A stretch of DNA of 64,000 nt from Betaproteobacteria bacterium (lineage in GTDB: Bacteria > Pseudomonadota > Gammaproteobacteria > Burkholderiales > CAIKXV01). The notes under the pieces are model-generated. The model did no database searches and had not been told where the DNA came from. It saw only the letters and a program-made list of their open reading frames with translations. The stretch lies in NCBI GenBank assembly GCA_947458835.1, contig CANHBC010000001.1, positions 11,854-75,853 on the forward strand, given 5' to 3'. Below, one piece after another: positions 37,350-47,893 of this stretch. Every line of letters starts with the position of its first letter. The first letter of the stretch is position 1. Made by a program: the position numbers and the translations under genes.

Positions 37350-38575
37350 CCGTCGGCCTTTCCGTGGCGGCCGTGCCGGTCGACCCGTCGACGCAGGAGC
37401 ACCCGCCGGCAGGGACAGCGCTGCCGGTGGCGATCGTCGGTGCCGGTCCGGTGGGCGCGGTCGCCGCGCTGGCGCTCGCGGCGCGCGGCGTACGGGCCGT
37501 GCTCTTCGATGCCCGCGCACCGGCGGCCGGCAAGCCCGACCGGCGCGCGATCGCGCTGTCCTGGGGCACGCACCTGTCGCTGCAGCGTCTGGGCGTCTGG
37601 CCCCTCATCGCCCATGCCGACCCGATCACCCGGGTCAGCGTCAGCGAGCGTGGCGCGTTCGGCAGCATCGAGTTCACGCTGGAAGACCTGGGCACGCCCG
37701 CGCTGGGCTTCGTGGTCGACTATGGCGACCTCGCGCTGGCCTGCAGCCGTGCCCTCGAGGCGGCCTCGATCCCGACCGCCTGGCGCACGGCCGTGGCCAG
37801 CGTCGAACCCGGGCCGGAGGCGATCGAACTGCTGCTGGCGCGGGACGAAGGCGCCGACGTCCGGCGCGCGGCCCGATGCGTGGTGCTGGCCGACGGCGCC
37901 GAGGGTATCGATGGTGGTGGCCTGCCCGCCCGAACCGGGCGCGACTACCGGCAGGTCGCGCTGGTCGGTGAGGTCGGCTGCGCGCGGTTCATGCCGGGGC
38001 GCGCGTTCGAGCGTTTCACCGGCAGCGGGCCGCTGGCCCTGTTGCCGCGTTCGGGGCACTACGCCTGCGTCTGGGTGCTGGAGCCCGGGGTCGCGCGCGA
38101 TCTGCTCGACCAGGGGGGCGACGCGCTCGCACGTGCGCTCGAGCGCGCCGCGGGCACCGGGTTCGGACCGATGCACTGGCTCGCGCCACCGACGCTGGTG
38201 CCGCTCGCACTTCGCCGCGCCGGGCGCGCCGGTGATCCGCGCGTGGTGGCGATCGGCAACGCCGCGCAGGTGCTGCACCCGGTGGCCGGGCAGGGGTTCA
38301 ACCTCGGCGTGCGCGACGCGCTGGCGCTGGCCGCCGCCTGGCCGTCGGACCCTGGACCGGCGCCCACCGACCTCGGCGCCGCCCTCGATGCGTTCGCCCG
38401 CACGCGTCGGGTCGATCGTGGCCTGACCGTGGCTGCGACCGACACCATCGCGCGCGTGACGTCGTTCGACCATCCGCTCGCGGCCGCGCTGCGCGGCATG
38501 GGCCTGGTGGCGATCGACCTGCTGCCTGCGCTGCGTCGCCGGGCGCTCGAGACGCTGGTATTCGGCGCCGGCTGA
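37346..38575 (+). CDS. ubiH: FAD-dependent ubiquinone-biosynthesis hydroxylase (UbiH/UbiF/VisC family)
   Basis: The GTG at 37346 forms a GTGA overlap with pepP. It has the GAGPVGAVAALALA FAD fold and the GNAAQVLHPVAGQGFNLG motif. Confidence 0.78.
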   Translation: MTVGLSVAAVPVDPSTQEHPPAGTALPVAIVGAGPVGAVAALALAARGVRAVLFDARAPAAGKPDRRAIALSWGTHLSLQRLGVWPLIAHADPITRVSVSERGAFGSIEFTLEDLGTPALGFVVDYGDLALACSRALEAASIPTAWRTAVASVEPGPEAIELLLARDEGADVRRAARCVVLADGAEGIDGGGLPARTGRDYRQVALVGEVGCARFMPGRAFERFTGSGPLALLPRSGHYACVWVLEPGVARDLLDQGGDALARALERAAGTGFGPMHWLAPPTLVPLALRRAGRAGDPRVVAIGNAAQVLHPVAGQGFNLGVRDALALAAAWPSDPGPAPTDLGAALDAFARTRRVDRGLTVAATDTIARVTSFDHPLAAALRGMGLVAIDLLPALRRRALETLVFGAG

Positions 38576-38639
38576 CGCGCTCGCGCCTACCACAGGCAGG
38601 TGCGCCCGTGGCAGGCGCCGTGGCGCACCGGGGCCGGCT

Positions 38640-38667
38640 TTGCACTGCCTCCGGCAGTCATTACAAT
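38640..38667 (+). promoter_or_regulatory. Sigma70-like promoter candidate for dusB-fis (TTGCAC-N16-TACAAT) with a GC-rich discriminator
   Basis: The -35 is at 38640-38645 and the -10 at 38662-38667, followed by CTCCCTCCCCCGGGGG. Confidence 0.45.
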
Positions 38668-38785
38668 CTCCCTCCCCCGGGGGTCGGTCGACGGCATGAT
38701 GGCCGGCAAACCGATGCCCGCCGTGCAGTGCCGGGTGACGCCGGCGGCTACCGCTCCAGACCGCACTCCACCAGCCAGCGACGCA

Positions 38786-39862
38786 ATGCGCATCGGTCCC
38801 TACGAGATATCGCCTCCACTCGTCGTCGCGCCGATGGCCGGAGTCACCGATCGGCCGTTCCGCAGCGCTTGCCGCCGACTCGGCGCGGGGCTGGCGGTGT
38901 CCGAGATGGTGTCCGCTGACCCGCGGCTGCGCGACACCGCGAAGTCGCGCCGGCGCAGCGACCACACCGGGGAGGCGGGTCCGATCGTCGCGCAGATCGC
39001 CGGGGCCGACCCGCAGTGGCTGGCCGACGCCGCCCGCCATAACGTGGCGCTGGGCGCGCAACTCATCGACATCAACATGGGTTGCCCCGCGAAGAAGGTG
39101 TGCAACGTCGCAGCCGGCTCGGCGCTGCTGCGCGACGAGCCGCTGGTCGGGCGCATCCTCGAGGCGGTGGTGGCGGCTGTCGACGTGCCGGTGACGCTGA
39201 AGATCCGCACTGGGTGGGACCGTGCCTCTCGCAACGCGGTGCAGGTCGCACGCATTGCCGAGCAGGCCGGCATCCAGGCGCTGACCGTGCACGGACGTAC
39301 CCGCGCGGACGGGTTTTCCGGCGAGGCGGAATACGAGACCATCGCCCGGGTGAAGGGCGCGGTGCGCATCCCGGTGATCGCCAACGGCGACATCATCGAC
39401 CCGGAGGGCGCCCGCGCGGTACTTCAGGCCACCGGCGCTGATGCGCTGATGATCGGTCGCGGCGCTTTCGGCCGGCCGTGGCTGTTCCGCGAGATCGCGC
39501 ACTTCCTCGCCACCGGAGGACGCCTGCCGGCGCCCGATGCACGCGAGTGGAGTGCCATCGTGCTCGCACACCTCGACGACATCCATGCCTTCCACGGCGA
39601 GTACGATGGCGTGCGTCTTGCGCGCAAGCATATCGGCTGGTATGTGCACGGCATGCCGGGCGGCGAGGTCCTGCGCGAGCAGGTCAACCAGGCCACCGGC
39701 ATCGACGCCCAGCGTGCGGCCGTGCAGGCGTGGTGTGCGCTGCTGCAGGCGCGCGAACCAGGCGACGTACGCGCCGCCGCCCCGGCAAGCCGGCCGGTCT
39801 ATAACAACCACAGCATGTCCGCCGGGGGCGACCGCACCCGGCCGGAGGAGATCCACCGATGA
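38786..39862 (+). CDS. dusB: tRNA-dihydrouridine synthase B
   Basis: Trimmed to MRIGPYEISPPLVVAPMAGVTDRPFR at 38786, which is collinear with E. coli DusB. The catalytic-Cys region is DINMGCPAKKV. Confidence 0.92.
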   Translation: MRIGPYEISPPLVVAPMAGVTDRPFRSACRRLGAGLAVSEMVSADPRLRDTAKSRRRSDHTGEAGPIVAQIAGADPQWLADAARHNVALGAQLIDINMGCPAKKVCNVAAGSALLRDEPLVGRILEAVVAAVDVPVTLKIRTGWDRASRNAVQVARIAEQAGIQALTVHGRTRADGFSGEAEYETIARVKGAVRIPVIANGDIIDPEGARAVLQATGADALMIGRGAFGRPWLFREIAHFLATGGRLPAPDAREWSAIVLAHLDDIHAFHGEYDGVRLARKHIGWYVHGMPGGEVLREQVNQATGIDAQRAAVQAWCALLQAREPGDVRAAAPASRPVYNNHSMSAGGDRTRPEEIHR

Positions 39863-40107
39863 AGGAAGAAAGCGAACTCAGCCTTACCGTCAGGCGCGCG
39901 ATCGACGGCTACTTCCGCGACCTCGACGGACAGAAGCCGCATGCGATCTACGACATGGTGATCCACTGCGTCGAGCGGCCGATGATCGAGTCGGTGCTCG
40001 AGATGGCCGAAGGCAACCAGAGCCGGGCAGCCGAGATCCTCGGCCTGAACCGCAACACGCTGCGCAAGAAGATGCGCGAGCATGGCCTCAACGGATCGCG
40101 TCAATAA
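39859..40107 (+). CDS. fis: Fis-family nucleoid-associated DNA-binding protein
   Basis: 82 aa with the C-terminal [23 protein letters not shown]. An ATGA overlap links it to dusB. Confidence 0.9.
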   Translation: MKEESELSLTVRRAIDGYFRDLDGQKPHAIYDMVIHCVERPMIESVLEMAEGNQSRAAEILGLNRNTLRKKMREHGLNGSRQ

Positions 40108-41683
40108 CGTGGCCGCCTCCACACCCGCGCGCCGCGCGCTGCTCAGCGTCTCCGACAAGGCCGGACTGGAGGCGTTCGCCGTCCGCCTGGCTGCGCTGGG
40201 CTTCGAACTGGTATCCACTGGCGGCACCGCCGCAGCGCTGCGCGCGGCCGGGCTCGCGGTGGTCGAGGTGGCTGAACTGACCGGCTTCCCGGAGATGCTC
40301 GACGGACGGGTCAAGACCCTGCACCCGATGGTCCACGGGGCGATCCTCGCGCGGCTCGACCTGCCCGCGCATCGTGCCGCCATCGACGCTGCGGGCATCA
40401 CCCCGATCTCCCTGGTGGTGGTGAACCTGTACCCCTTCCGGGAGGTGTCGACGCGGCCGGGCGTGACGCTCGACGAGGCGGTCGAGAACATCGACATCGG
40501 CGGCCCGGCGATGGTGCGCGCGGCGGCCAAGAACTACCCGCACGTGGGCATCGTCACCGACCCGGCCGACTATCCCTGCGTGGTCGAGGAACTGGAGGCC
40601 TCTGGCAGGCTGTCCGACGCGACGCGGTTCGAGCTCGCGCGCAAGGCGTTCTCCCATACCGCTGCCTATGATGGCGCGATCGGCAACTACCTCGGCCGCG
40701 TCGCAGCCGGGGGCGCCGATGCCTGGCCGGCGCAGCTCAACTTCTCGTTCAGCCGGGTGTCCGAACTTCGCTACGGTGAGAACCCGCACCAGGGCGCGGC
40801 GTTCTATCGAGACCTCGGTGTCGCGGTCGATGGCACGATCGCGGCGGCGGTACAGCGGCAGGGCAAGGAGCTGTCGTACAACAACATCGCCGATGCCGAC
40901 GCGGCCTGGGAATGCGTGCGCGGCTTCGATGCCGGTGCGTCGGCCTGCGTGATCGTCAAGCATGCCAATCCGTGCGGCGTCTCGCTCGGTACCGATCCCG
41001 CCGATGCCTACCGCCGCGCATTCGCCACCGACCCCACGTCCGCCTTCGGCGGCATCATCGCGTTCAACCAGCCGATCGACGAGGCTGCGGCGCGCGCGAT
41101 CTGCGGCCAGTTCGCCGAAGTGGTGATCGCCCCCGAGGTACTGCCAGCTGCGCTCTCGGTGCTGGCCGCCAAGCCGTCGCTGCGCGTGCTGGAGACCGGC
41201 CGTGGCACCGTGCGCAACACGATCCACCTGCAGCGGGTCGGCGGCGGCGTGCTGGTCCAGGGCAGCGACCTGCCTGTGCTCGACCCGGCGCAGCTGCGGG
41301 TGGTGACCCGGCGCGCGCCGACAGCCGCCGAACGGGACGATCTGCTGTTCGCCTGGCAGGTGGCAAAGTACGTGAAGTCGAACGCGATCGTGTTCGCGCG
41401 CGGTGCGCAGACGCTGGGCGTGGGCGCAGGCCAGATGAGCCGGATCGACAGTGTGCGCATCGCTCGCCACAAGGCCGGTGAGGCCGGTCTCGACCTGGCC
41501 GGTGCATGCGTGGCCTCCGATGCGTTCTTCCCGTTCCGCGACGGGCTGGACGCACTGGTCGAAGCGGGAGCGCGGGCGGTGATCCAGCCCGGCGGAAGCG
41601 TGCGCGACGCCGAGGTGATCGCCGCCGCCGACGAGCACGGCGTGGCGATGCTGTTCACCGGCATGCGGCATTTCCGTCATTGA
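40082..41683 (+). CDS. purH: Bifunctional AICAR transformylase / IMP cyclohydrolase
   Basis: It has the MGS-like N-domain ([11 protein letters not shown]...STGGTA) and the AICARFT domain. The start is either ATG 40082, which overlaps fis, or GTG 40109. Confidence 0.93.
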   Translation: MASTDRVNNVAASTPARRALLSVSDKAGLEAFAVRLAALGFELVSTGGTAAALRAAGLAVVEVAELTGFPEMLDGRVKTLHPMVHGAILARLDLPAHRAAIDAAGITPISLVVVNLYPFREVSTRPGVTLDEAVENIDIGGPAMVRAAAKNYPHVGIVTDPADYPCVVEELEASGRLSDATRFELARKAFSHTAAYDGAIGNYLGRVAAGGADAWPAQLNFSFSRVSELRYGENPHQGAAFYRDLGVAVDGTIAAAVQRQGKELSYNNIADADAAWECVRGFDAGASACVIVKHANPCGVSLGTDPADAYRRAFATDPTSAFGGIIAFNQPIDEAAARAICGQFAEVVIAPEVLPAALSVLAAKPSLRVLETGRGTVRNTIHLQRVGGGVLVQGSDLPVLDPAQLRVVTRRAPTAAERDDLLFAWQVAKYVKSNAIVFARGAQTLGVGAGQMSRIDSVRIARHKAGEAGLDLAGACVASDAFFPFRDGLDALVEAGARAVIQPGGSVRDAEVIAAADEHGVAMLFTGMRHFRH

Positions 41684-41839
41684 GCGCGCCGCACGGCCGC
41701 CGCGGTACGCCGGAACCCGGCCGCGGCCCGTGTCCGCGGGTGGCGAATCGGTTACGATCCGGCGCGTGATGATCGAGCCTTGCCAAACCTGCCGCCCGCG
41801 CCTGCCCGGCCCGGCCCGTCTCCTCGCCCGGAGGCACCG

Positions 41840-43129
41840 TTGAAGGTCCTGGTGATCGGCGGCGGTGGCCGCGAACATGCGCTGGCCTGGAAGCTGGCTG
41901 CCTCACCCCGGCTGCAGCGGGTGTTCGTGGCCCCCGGCAACGCCGGCACGGCGCACGAAGAGGGCGTGGTCAACGTGCCGCTCACTTCGGTCGACGAGTG
42001 GGTGGACTTCGCGCGGCGCGAGGGCGTGGGCCTCACCGTGGTCGGACCCGAGGCGCCGCTGGCCGAAGGCGTGGTCGATGCGTTCCGTGCCGCCGGCCTG
42101 CGCATCTTCGGGCCGACCGCCGCGGCGGCCCGGCTGGAAAGCTCGAAGGAGTTCGCGAAGGCGTTCATGCAGCGCCACCGGATCCCCACCGCACCGTATG
42201 CCGCCTTCGAGGACGCGGCTGCGGCGCATGCGTATGTCGATTCGGTCGGCGCTCCGATCGTCGTCAAGGCCGATGGCCTCGCCGCCGGCAAGGGTGTGGT
42301 CGTGGCGACGGACCTGGCGCAGGCACACGCGGCGATCGACCGCTTCCTGGTCGGGCGCTCGCTCGGCCAGGCTGGCGCCCGGGTCGTGGTCGAGGGCTTC
42401 CTCGCCGGCGAGGAAGCGAGCTTCATCGTGATGGTCGATGGGGAGCGCGCCGTCGCGCTGGCCACCAGCCAGGACCACAAGCGGCTGGGTGACGGCGATG
42501 TCGGGCCGAACACTGGCGGCATGGGTGCGTACTCGCCGGCACCGGTGGTCACCCCGCAGCTGCACGCACGGGTGATGCGCGAGGTGATCAACCCGGCCAT
42601 CGCCGGCCTGGCCGCCGAGGGCACGCCGTTCACCGGGTTCCTCTACGCTGGCCTGATGATCGGCGCCGATGGTTCGCCGCAGGTGCTCGAATTCAACTGC
42701 CGGCTGGGCGATCCCGAGACCCAGCCCATCCTGATGCGGCTGAAGACCGACCTCGTCGACCTGATCGAGCTCGCGCTTGCGGGCCGGCTCGACGAGGCCG
42801 AGCCCGAATGGGACCGGCGGGTTGCGATCGGCGTCGTGATGGCGGCTGCGGGCTATCCGGACGCGCCGCGCGCCGGCGACGTCATCACCGGCCTGCCGGC
42901 GCCGGAGGCCGACTGCCGTGTATTCCACGCCGGCACCGCGCTGTCGGGCGACGCGGTGGTGGTCTCGGGTGGCCGGGTGCTGTGCGTGACCGCGCTCGGG
43001 GACAACATCCGCATTGCGCAGGGCCGTGCGTATGCCGCCGTCGACCGCATCCGTTTCGACGGCGCCCAGTTCAGGCGGGACATCGGGCACCGTGCCGCGG
43101 GCCGTGCCGGCAGTCTCGCGCAGGGGTAA
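41840..43129 (+). CDS. purD: Phosphoribosylamine-glycine ligase
   Basis: The TTG at 41840 is preceded by GGAGG and gives [18 protein letters not shown], the canonical PurD N-terminus. The track start at 41780 adds 20 Pro/Ala-rich residues. Confidence 0.92.
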   Translation: MKVLVIGGGGREHALAWKLAASPRLQRVFVAPGNAGTAHEEGVVNVPLTSVDEWVDFARREGVGLTVVGPEAPLAEGVVDAFRAAGLRIFGPTAAAARLESSKEFAKAFMQRHRIPTAPYAAFEDAAAAHAYVDSVGAPIVVKADGLAAGKGVVVATDLAQAHAAIDRFLVGRSLGQAGARVVVEGFLAGEEASFIVMVDGERAVALATSQDHKRLGDGDVGPNTGGMGAYSPAPVVTPQLHARVMREVINPAIAGLAAEGTPFTGFLYAGLMIGADGSPQVLEFNCRLGDPETQPILMRLKTDLVDLIELALAGRLDEAEPEWDRRVAIGVVMAAAGYPDAPRAGDVITGLPAPEADCRVFHAGTALSGDAVVVSGGRVLCVTALGDNIRIAQGRAYAAVDRIRFDGAQFRRDIGHRAAGRAGSLAQG

Positions 43130-43131
43130 TC

Positions 43132-44058
43132 ATGTCGACAGTCGATGCAGTGCAGGTCAAGTCCTTCCTTACCGGCCTGCAGGCCGGGATCGTCGCTGAA
43201 CTGGAGCGGGCCGATGGCCATGTGTTCCGGCGCGACGGCTGGGACCGGCCGGGCGGCGGTGGCGGCCTGTCCTGCGTGCTGGAGGACGGTGCGCTGTTCG
43301 AGCGCGGCGGGGTGAACTTCTCGCACGTGACTGGCGACCGGCTGCCGCCATCGGCCAGCGCGGGGCGGCCGGAGCTCGCCGGACGCGGCTTCGAGGCGAT
43401 GGGTGTGTCGCTGGTACTGCATCCGCGCAACCCGTACGTGCCCACGGTACACATGAACGTGCGCTTCTTCATCGCCAACCCCCCGGCGGGCGACGCCGCG
43501 GCGCAGCCGGTCTGGTGGTTCGGCGGGGGCATGGACCTGACCCCCTACTACGGCTTCGAGGACGATGCCGTTCATTTCCACCGCACGTGCAGCGATGCGC
43601 TGGCCCCGTTCGGCGCCAGCCGCTACGCCGAGTACAAGGCCTGGTGCGACCGCTACTTCTTCCTCAAGCATCGCAGCGAGCCGCGCGGCATCGGCGGTGT
43701 GTTCTTCGATGACCTCTGCGCACCGGACTTCGAAGGTGCGTTCGCGCTGATCCGTGCGGTCGGCAGCCGGTTTACCGCCGCGTACCTGCCGATCGTCGAG
43801 CGCCGGCGCGGACTGGCCTACGGCGAGCGCGAGCGCAGCTGGCAGGCGTTCCGGCGCGGCCGATACGTCGAGTTCAACCTGGTGTTCGACCGCGGCACGC
43901 TGTTCGGCCTGCAGTCGGGCGGCCGGACCGAATCGATCCTGATGTCGATGCCGCCAAAGGTCGAATGGCGGTACGACTACCATCCCGAAGCCGGTACCGA
44001 GGAGGCGCGGCTGAACGCTGAGTTCCTCACCGGTCGAGACTGGCTCGCGACGGCCTGA
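43132..44058 (+). CDS. hemF: Oxygen-dependent coproporphyrinogen III oxidase
   Basis: The start is the ATG at 43132. Motifs include [23 protein letters not shown] and [10 protein letters not shown]. Confidence 0.93.
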   Translation: MSTVDAVQVKSFLTGLQAGIVAELERADGHVFRRDGWDRPGGGGGLSCVLEDGALFERGGVNFSHVTGDRLPPSASAGRPELAGRGFEAMGVSLVLHPRNPYVPTVHMNVRFFIANPPAGDAAAQPVWWFGGGMDLTPYYGFEDDAVHFHRTCSDALAPFGASRYAEYKAWCDRYFFLKHRSEPRGIGGVFFDDLCAPDFEGAFALIRAVGSRFTAAYLPIVERRRGLAYGERERSWQAFRRGRYVEFNLVFDRGTLFGLQSGGRTESILMSMPPKVEWRYDYHPEAGTEEARLNAEFLTGRDWLATA

Positions 44059-44097
44059 TCCGCGGGCGTACCGCACGGCCGCCTGCGGCGGCAGGGC

Positions 44098-46026
44098 TCA
44101 GGACCGGGGCCTGCCCAGGCCGAGTCGTTCCCCCAGCACCCGCATGTACTCCAGCCATCGGCTGGGCAGTGCCAGCCGTGGCCCCGATGAGCGTTCCGGC
44201 ACCTGCCGCAGTACCAGCTGCGGCGCCTGCTCGAACTGCTGGACACGCTCCAGCGCCGAGACCAGGTGGGTACGCAGCGACCTGAGCACCACCGGCTTGT
44301 TGATGAAGCGGAAGATCTGCGCCTCGTTGATCAGGCCGATGATCAGCTCGGAATCCGACGCCTCGGTGACCGCCAGCGTCAGCATCTGCGGGTGGTCCTG
44401 CTTGAGGGTCTTGATCAGGTTGGCGTTGTCCGGCGGATCGCCTGCGTCGATGTCATACAGGACGACCGAGACGTCGCCGGCCGCGAGCTCGGCCATGGCC
44501 GCTTCCGGGCCGGCCGCCTGGCGCACCGGTGCCACGTCGGCCATCAGTTCACGGGTCGAGCGGTAGAGCTCGCCGCTGGCGTCGACCACGAGGATCGCCC
44601 GGTCCGGCCTGAGCTGGACCGATGGCGGCGGCCCGAGTTCGGCCAGCTCGATCGAGACTTCCACCGCCTCGCGCACGATCGAACGCAGTTCGTTGTTGTC
44701 CCAGGGCTTGGAGACGAAGCGGTAGATCTCGCCGTCGTTGATCGAACCGACGATCGCGGCCAGGTCCGCATAGCCGGTGAGGAGGATGCGCATCGATCCC
44801 GGAGCGATCTCCTTCGCCTGGCGCAGCAGCTCGACGCCGGTCATGCCGGGCATCCGCTGGTCGCTGACGATTGCGTGCATCCGGTGGCGCGCGATGAAAG
44901 CGAGCGCATGCTCACAGTCGCTGGTCGCGAACACGTGGTAGTCGTTGCGGAACACCGACCTGAGCGCGCTCAGGATGCGCTCCTCGTCGTCCACCACCAG
45001 CAGCCGGGGCTTGTGCGCGGACGATACCGGCCGAGCCATGCCCCGAGCGCTGACGCCCGGGAAGGTGGCGCCGGGCGGCACCGTATGCTGGCGACGCGCG
45101 GCCGCCAGGCGTCGCCCGGCACCGGACAGGCCGCCTGAAGACAGGTTCGCGATCGAGGGCGCCGCATCGGCGGCAGAGGTATCGCCGGTCAGCGCCAGGC
45201 TGTCGACGATGCCCTGGGCGAACAGCACGCCGAATTCCACGGCGCTGCCGAAGCGCTCGTCGACCGGCTTGGCCAACGCGGTCAGCACGACCTCGTCGAG
45301 CGAGGCCGCGACGTTCGCGTTCAGCCGCGAGGGCGGGATCGGCAGCGTTTCGAGGTCCAGCACCTGGCGCATGATCTGCGGGGTGCCGCCACTGTAGGGC
45401 CGTATGCTGGTCAGGAGTTCGTAGGCGATCACGCCGGCCGCGTACAGGTCAGCGGCCGGCCCGGCATGCTGGCCGAGGAACTGCTCGGGCGCCATGTAGT
45501 AAGGCGTACCGAACATCTGCCCGTTCTGGGTCAGGTTGGAGGATTCGATGCGCGCGATGCCGAAGTCGCTGATCTTCAGCCGACCCTCGGCGTTGAGCAG
45601 GATGTTGGCCGGCTTGATATCCCGGTGCACCACGCCCTGGGCATGCGAGTGGGCGAGTGCGTCGAGCAGTTCCGCCATCATCCGCGCGATCTCGCGCAGG
45701 GTGAAGCGCCGCCGTGCCACGAGTTCCTGGTGCAGCGAGCGTCCCACGACGAGTTCCATCGCGATGAAGGCGATGTCGCCGTCCTCGCCGTACTCGAACA
45801 CCTGCACGATGTTCGGGTGCACCAGCCGACCGGCGGCCTGCGCCTCGCGTCTGAAGCGGTCGAGCGTGCCCGCCTGTTCGTCGATCGGCAGCGCGCTGCG
45901 ACGGATCGCCTTGATCGCGACCGCCCGCTCGATCGCGGTGTCGAAGCCACGGTAGACCATACCCATCCCGCCGCGCCCGATCGTCGCGTCGATCCGGTAC
46001 TTTCCGATCCGGTCGGGGGGCGTCAT
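44098..46026 (-). CDS. Hanks-type Ser/Thr protein kinase fused to two C-terminal receiver (REC) domains (module 1)
   Basis: 642 aa. The kinase motifs are GRGGMGMVY, VAIKAI, HRDIKPANILL, DFGIA and GTPYYMAPE. REC1 spans aa 339-455 (VVDDEE, SDQRMPGMTG, LLTGY, FVSKPW). REC2 spans aa 477-590 (VVDAS, LYDID, VTEASD, FINKPV). Confidence 0.88.
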   Translation of the reverse strand: MTPPDRIGKYRIDATIGRGGMGMVYRGFDTAIERAVAIKAIRRSALPIDEQAGTLDRFRREAQAAGRLVHPNIVQVFEYGEDGDIAFIAMELVVGRSLHQELVARRRFTLREIARMMAELLDALAHSHAQGVVHRDIKPANILLNAEGRLKISDFGIARIESSNLTQNGQMFGTPYYMAPEQFLGQHAGPAADLYAAGVIAYELLTSIRPYSGGTPQIMRQVLDLETLPIPPSRLNANVAASLDEVVLTALAKPVDERFGSAVEFGVLFAQGIVDSLALTGDTSAADAAPSIANLSSGGLSGAGRRLAAARRQHTVPPGATFPGVSARGMARPVSSAHKPRLLVVDDEERILSALRSVFRNDYHVFATSDCEHALAFIARHRMHAIVSDQRMPGMTGVELLRQAKEIAPGSMRILLTGYADLAAIVGSINDGEIYRFVSKPWDNNELRSIVREAVEVSIELAELGPPPSVQLRPDRAILVVDASGELYRSTRELMADVAPVRQAAGPEAAMAELAAGDVSVVLYDIDAGDPPDNANLIKTLKQDHPQMLTLAVTEASDSELIIGLINEAQIFRFINKPVVLRSLRTHLVSALERVQQFEQAPQLVLRQVPERSSGPRLALPSRWLEYMRVLGERLGLGRPRS

Positions 46027-47867
46027 GCAGCGGCCTTGCGGACGGCAGGCGGCGCACCCGCGCCCGAAGCACCCGTCTCCTGCGGCGCGCCGTCGCGCGG
46101 CAGGCGCACGCGGAACGTGGTGCCGAGCCCGACGCGGGAATCGACTTCGATCCGCCCGCCATGCTGGGCGATGATCTTGTAGCAGATGGACAGGCCAAGG
46201 CCGGTGCCCTGGCCGACCGCCTTGGTGGTGAAGAACGGGTCGAAGATCTTCGGCAGTACCTCCGGCGGGATGCCGGCGCCGGTGTCGATCACCTCCAGCA
46301 CGAGTTCGCGCGCATCGCCCCGCGTAGTCAGGGTGATCGTGCCGCCGGCAGGCCCGATCGCCTGCGCCGCGTTGGTGACCAGGTTGAGGAGCACCTGGTT
46401 CACCTGCGAGGGCGATCCGACGAGGTATCCGTCGGTGGTGAACTGCCGCTCGATGCGCACCGCCTTCAGCAGGTGGCGTGCGAGCTGCAGCGTGCTCTCG
46501 ATGCCCTGGTGCAGGTCGAAGCGCTGCACGCGGCCGCGGTCGAGGCGGCTGAAATCACGCAGGTGGCCGACGATCTGGGCGATCTGTTCGACCCCGTACA
46601 GACCGTCCTTCACCAGTGCGCCGAGTTCCCCGACCGACTGGCTGCCCCCGAGCGCGCGGGCGGCGTCGGACAGGGCGCCCAGTTGCCGGTCGAGCAGATC
46701 GTCGGGCGTATCGCCAGCCTCCAGCAGGGCGAGTAGCTTCTCGCAGTCGGCGGTGAGGCGGGTGAGCGCATCGAGCTGGCCGTCGACCGAACCCAGGCTG
46801 TTCTTCACGTAGGCGACCGGCGTGTTGATCTCGTGCGCGATGCCCGCCACCATCTGCCCGAGCGAGGACATCTTCTCGGACTGGATGAGCTGCGCCTCCG
46901 ACTCCTTCAGGTGCGCGAGCGCATCGGACAGCTCACGCGTGCGCTGGTCGACCTTGTGCTCGAGGTTCTCGTTCGCGGCCTGCAGCGCGCCGTTGATGCG
47001 TGCGATGACGCGGTAGCTGGCCACCAGCCGCGAGGCGATCCACGCCAGCAGCACCAGCAGCGCCGCCGAATAGAACAGCAGGTACGTCCGGTAGAGCTGC
47101 TGGCGCTCGATGACCGACTGCACCTCGGTGGTGAACGCTGTGGTCATCGCACGCAGCCGCGGGCCGGCCGGCGACAGCCCGAAGCGCAGGATCGATGATT
47201 CCAGCCCGGTCTTGCCTTCGAGGATGGCTCGGGCGGGCGCGAGGATCGCGGAATCGGCGGTCAGCCGGGCCAGCGCGGCCTCGACCGGCAGCCGTCGCCG
47301 CTCGCCGGTGTCGCCCCAGAAGGCGAGCAGTTCCGCCGCCGCTGCCTCCGCCGGGCGCAGGCCGACCATGCCCGAGGCGGCGTCCGCCTCTGCGCTGGCA
47401 ACCACCGCGGCCAGCGATTCCCGCAGGCGGGCCGCGCTCGCGCTGGCGGCCGAGCCGAGGGGCATCCGTTCCGCATAGGCAGCCGCGACGCCGGGCAGGT
47501 TGGCCGCGAGGGCGGGGCTGCCCGTGGCCGCTGCCAGCGACTGCAGCTCGGACAGTACGCGCTGGATCGACGGCACGACGGTTGCCTCGGCCTGTCGTGC
47601 CGGGCGGGAATCGGCCTTGGCCGCCGCGATCGCCAGGTCCCAGCGGGCGGTCAGTTCGTTGAGCAACTGCAGCTTCTCGCCGATCTCGACCCGCGCCCCG
47701 GCATCGGCCTCGCGGCTGTTCCAGGCGAGCCAGGCCGCCGCGGCGACCAGCAGGACGGTTGCCGCGATGTAGATCGCGGCACGCCGGCGGGGCACCGGGG
47801 CAATGTAGAGCCTTTCAGCGGTCATCATCGTATCCAGCATACCGGGCAGATCGCGCGCTCGTGCCAC
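46023..47867 (-). CDS. Membrane sensor histidine kinase (module 1), no REC or HPt domain
   Basis: 614 aa with two TM segments flanking a helical, Ala/Leu/Arg-rich region of about 250 aa. A coiled coil follows, then the H-box [11 protein letters not shown] and the HATPase_c boxes ([22 protein letters not shown]). It has a 4-nt overlap with the downstream STK-REC gene. The start could instead be an internal ATG within the first 15 codons. Confidence 0.88.
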   Translation of the reverse strand: MARARDLPGMLDTMMTAERLYIAPVPRRRAAIYIAATVLLVAAAAWLAWNSREADAGARVEIGEKLQLLNELTARWDLAIAAAKADSRPARQAEATVVPSIQRVLSELQSLAAATGSPALAANLPGVAAAYAERMPLGSAASASAARLRESLAAVVASAEADAASGMVGLRPAEAAAAELLAFWGDTGERRRLPVEAALARLTADSAILAPARAILEGKTGLESSILRFGLSPAGPRLRAMTTAFTTEVQSVIERQQLYRTYLLFYSAALLVLLAWIASRLVASYRVIARINGALQAANENLEHKVDQRTRELSDALAHLKESEAQLIQSEKMSSLGQMVAGIAHEINTPVAYVKNSLGSVDGQLDALTRLTADCEKLLALLEAGDTPDDLLDRQLGALSDAARALGGSQSVGELGALVKDGLYGVEQIAQIVGHLRDFSRLDRGRVQRFDLHQGIESTLQLARHLLKAVRIERQFTTDGYLVGSPSQVNQVLLNLVTNAAQAIGPAGGTITLTTRGDARELVLEVIDTGAGIPPEVLPKIFDPFFTTKAVGQGTGLGLSICYKIIAQHGGRIEVDSRVGLGTTFRVRLPRDGAPQETGASGAGAPPAVRKAAA

Positions 47868-47893
47868 CCGGCGGATCGGTCAGCACGATCGCG

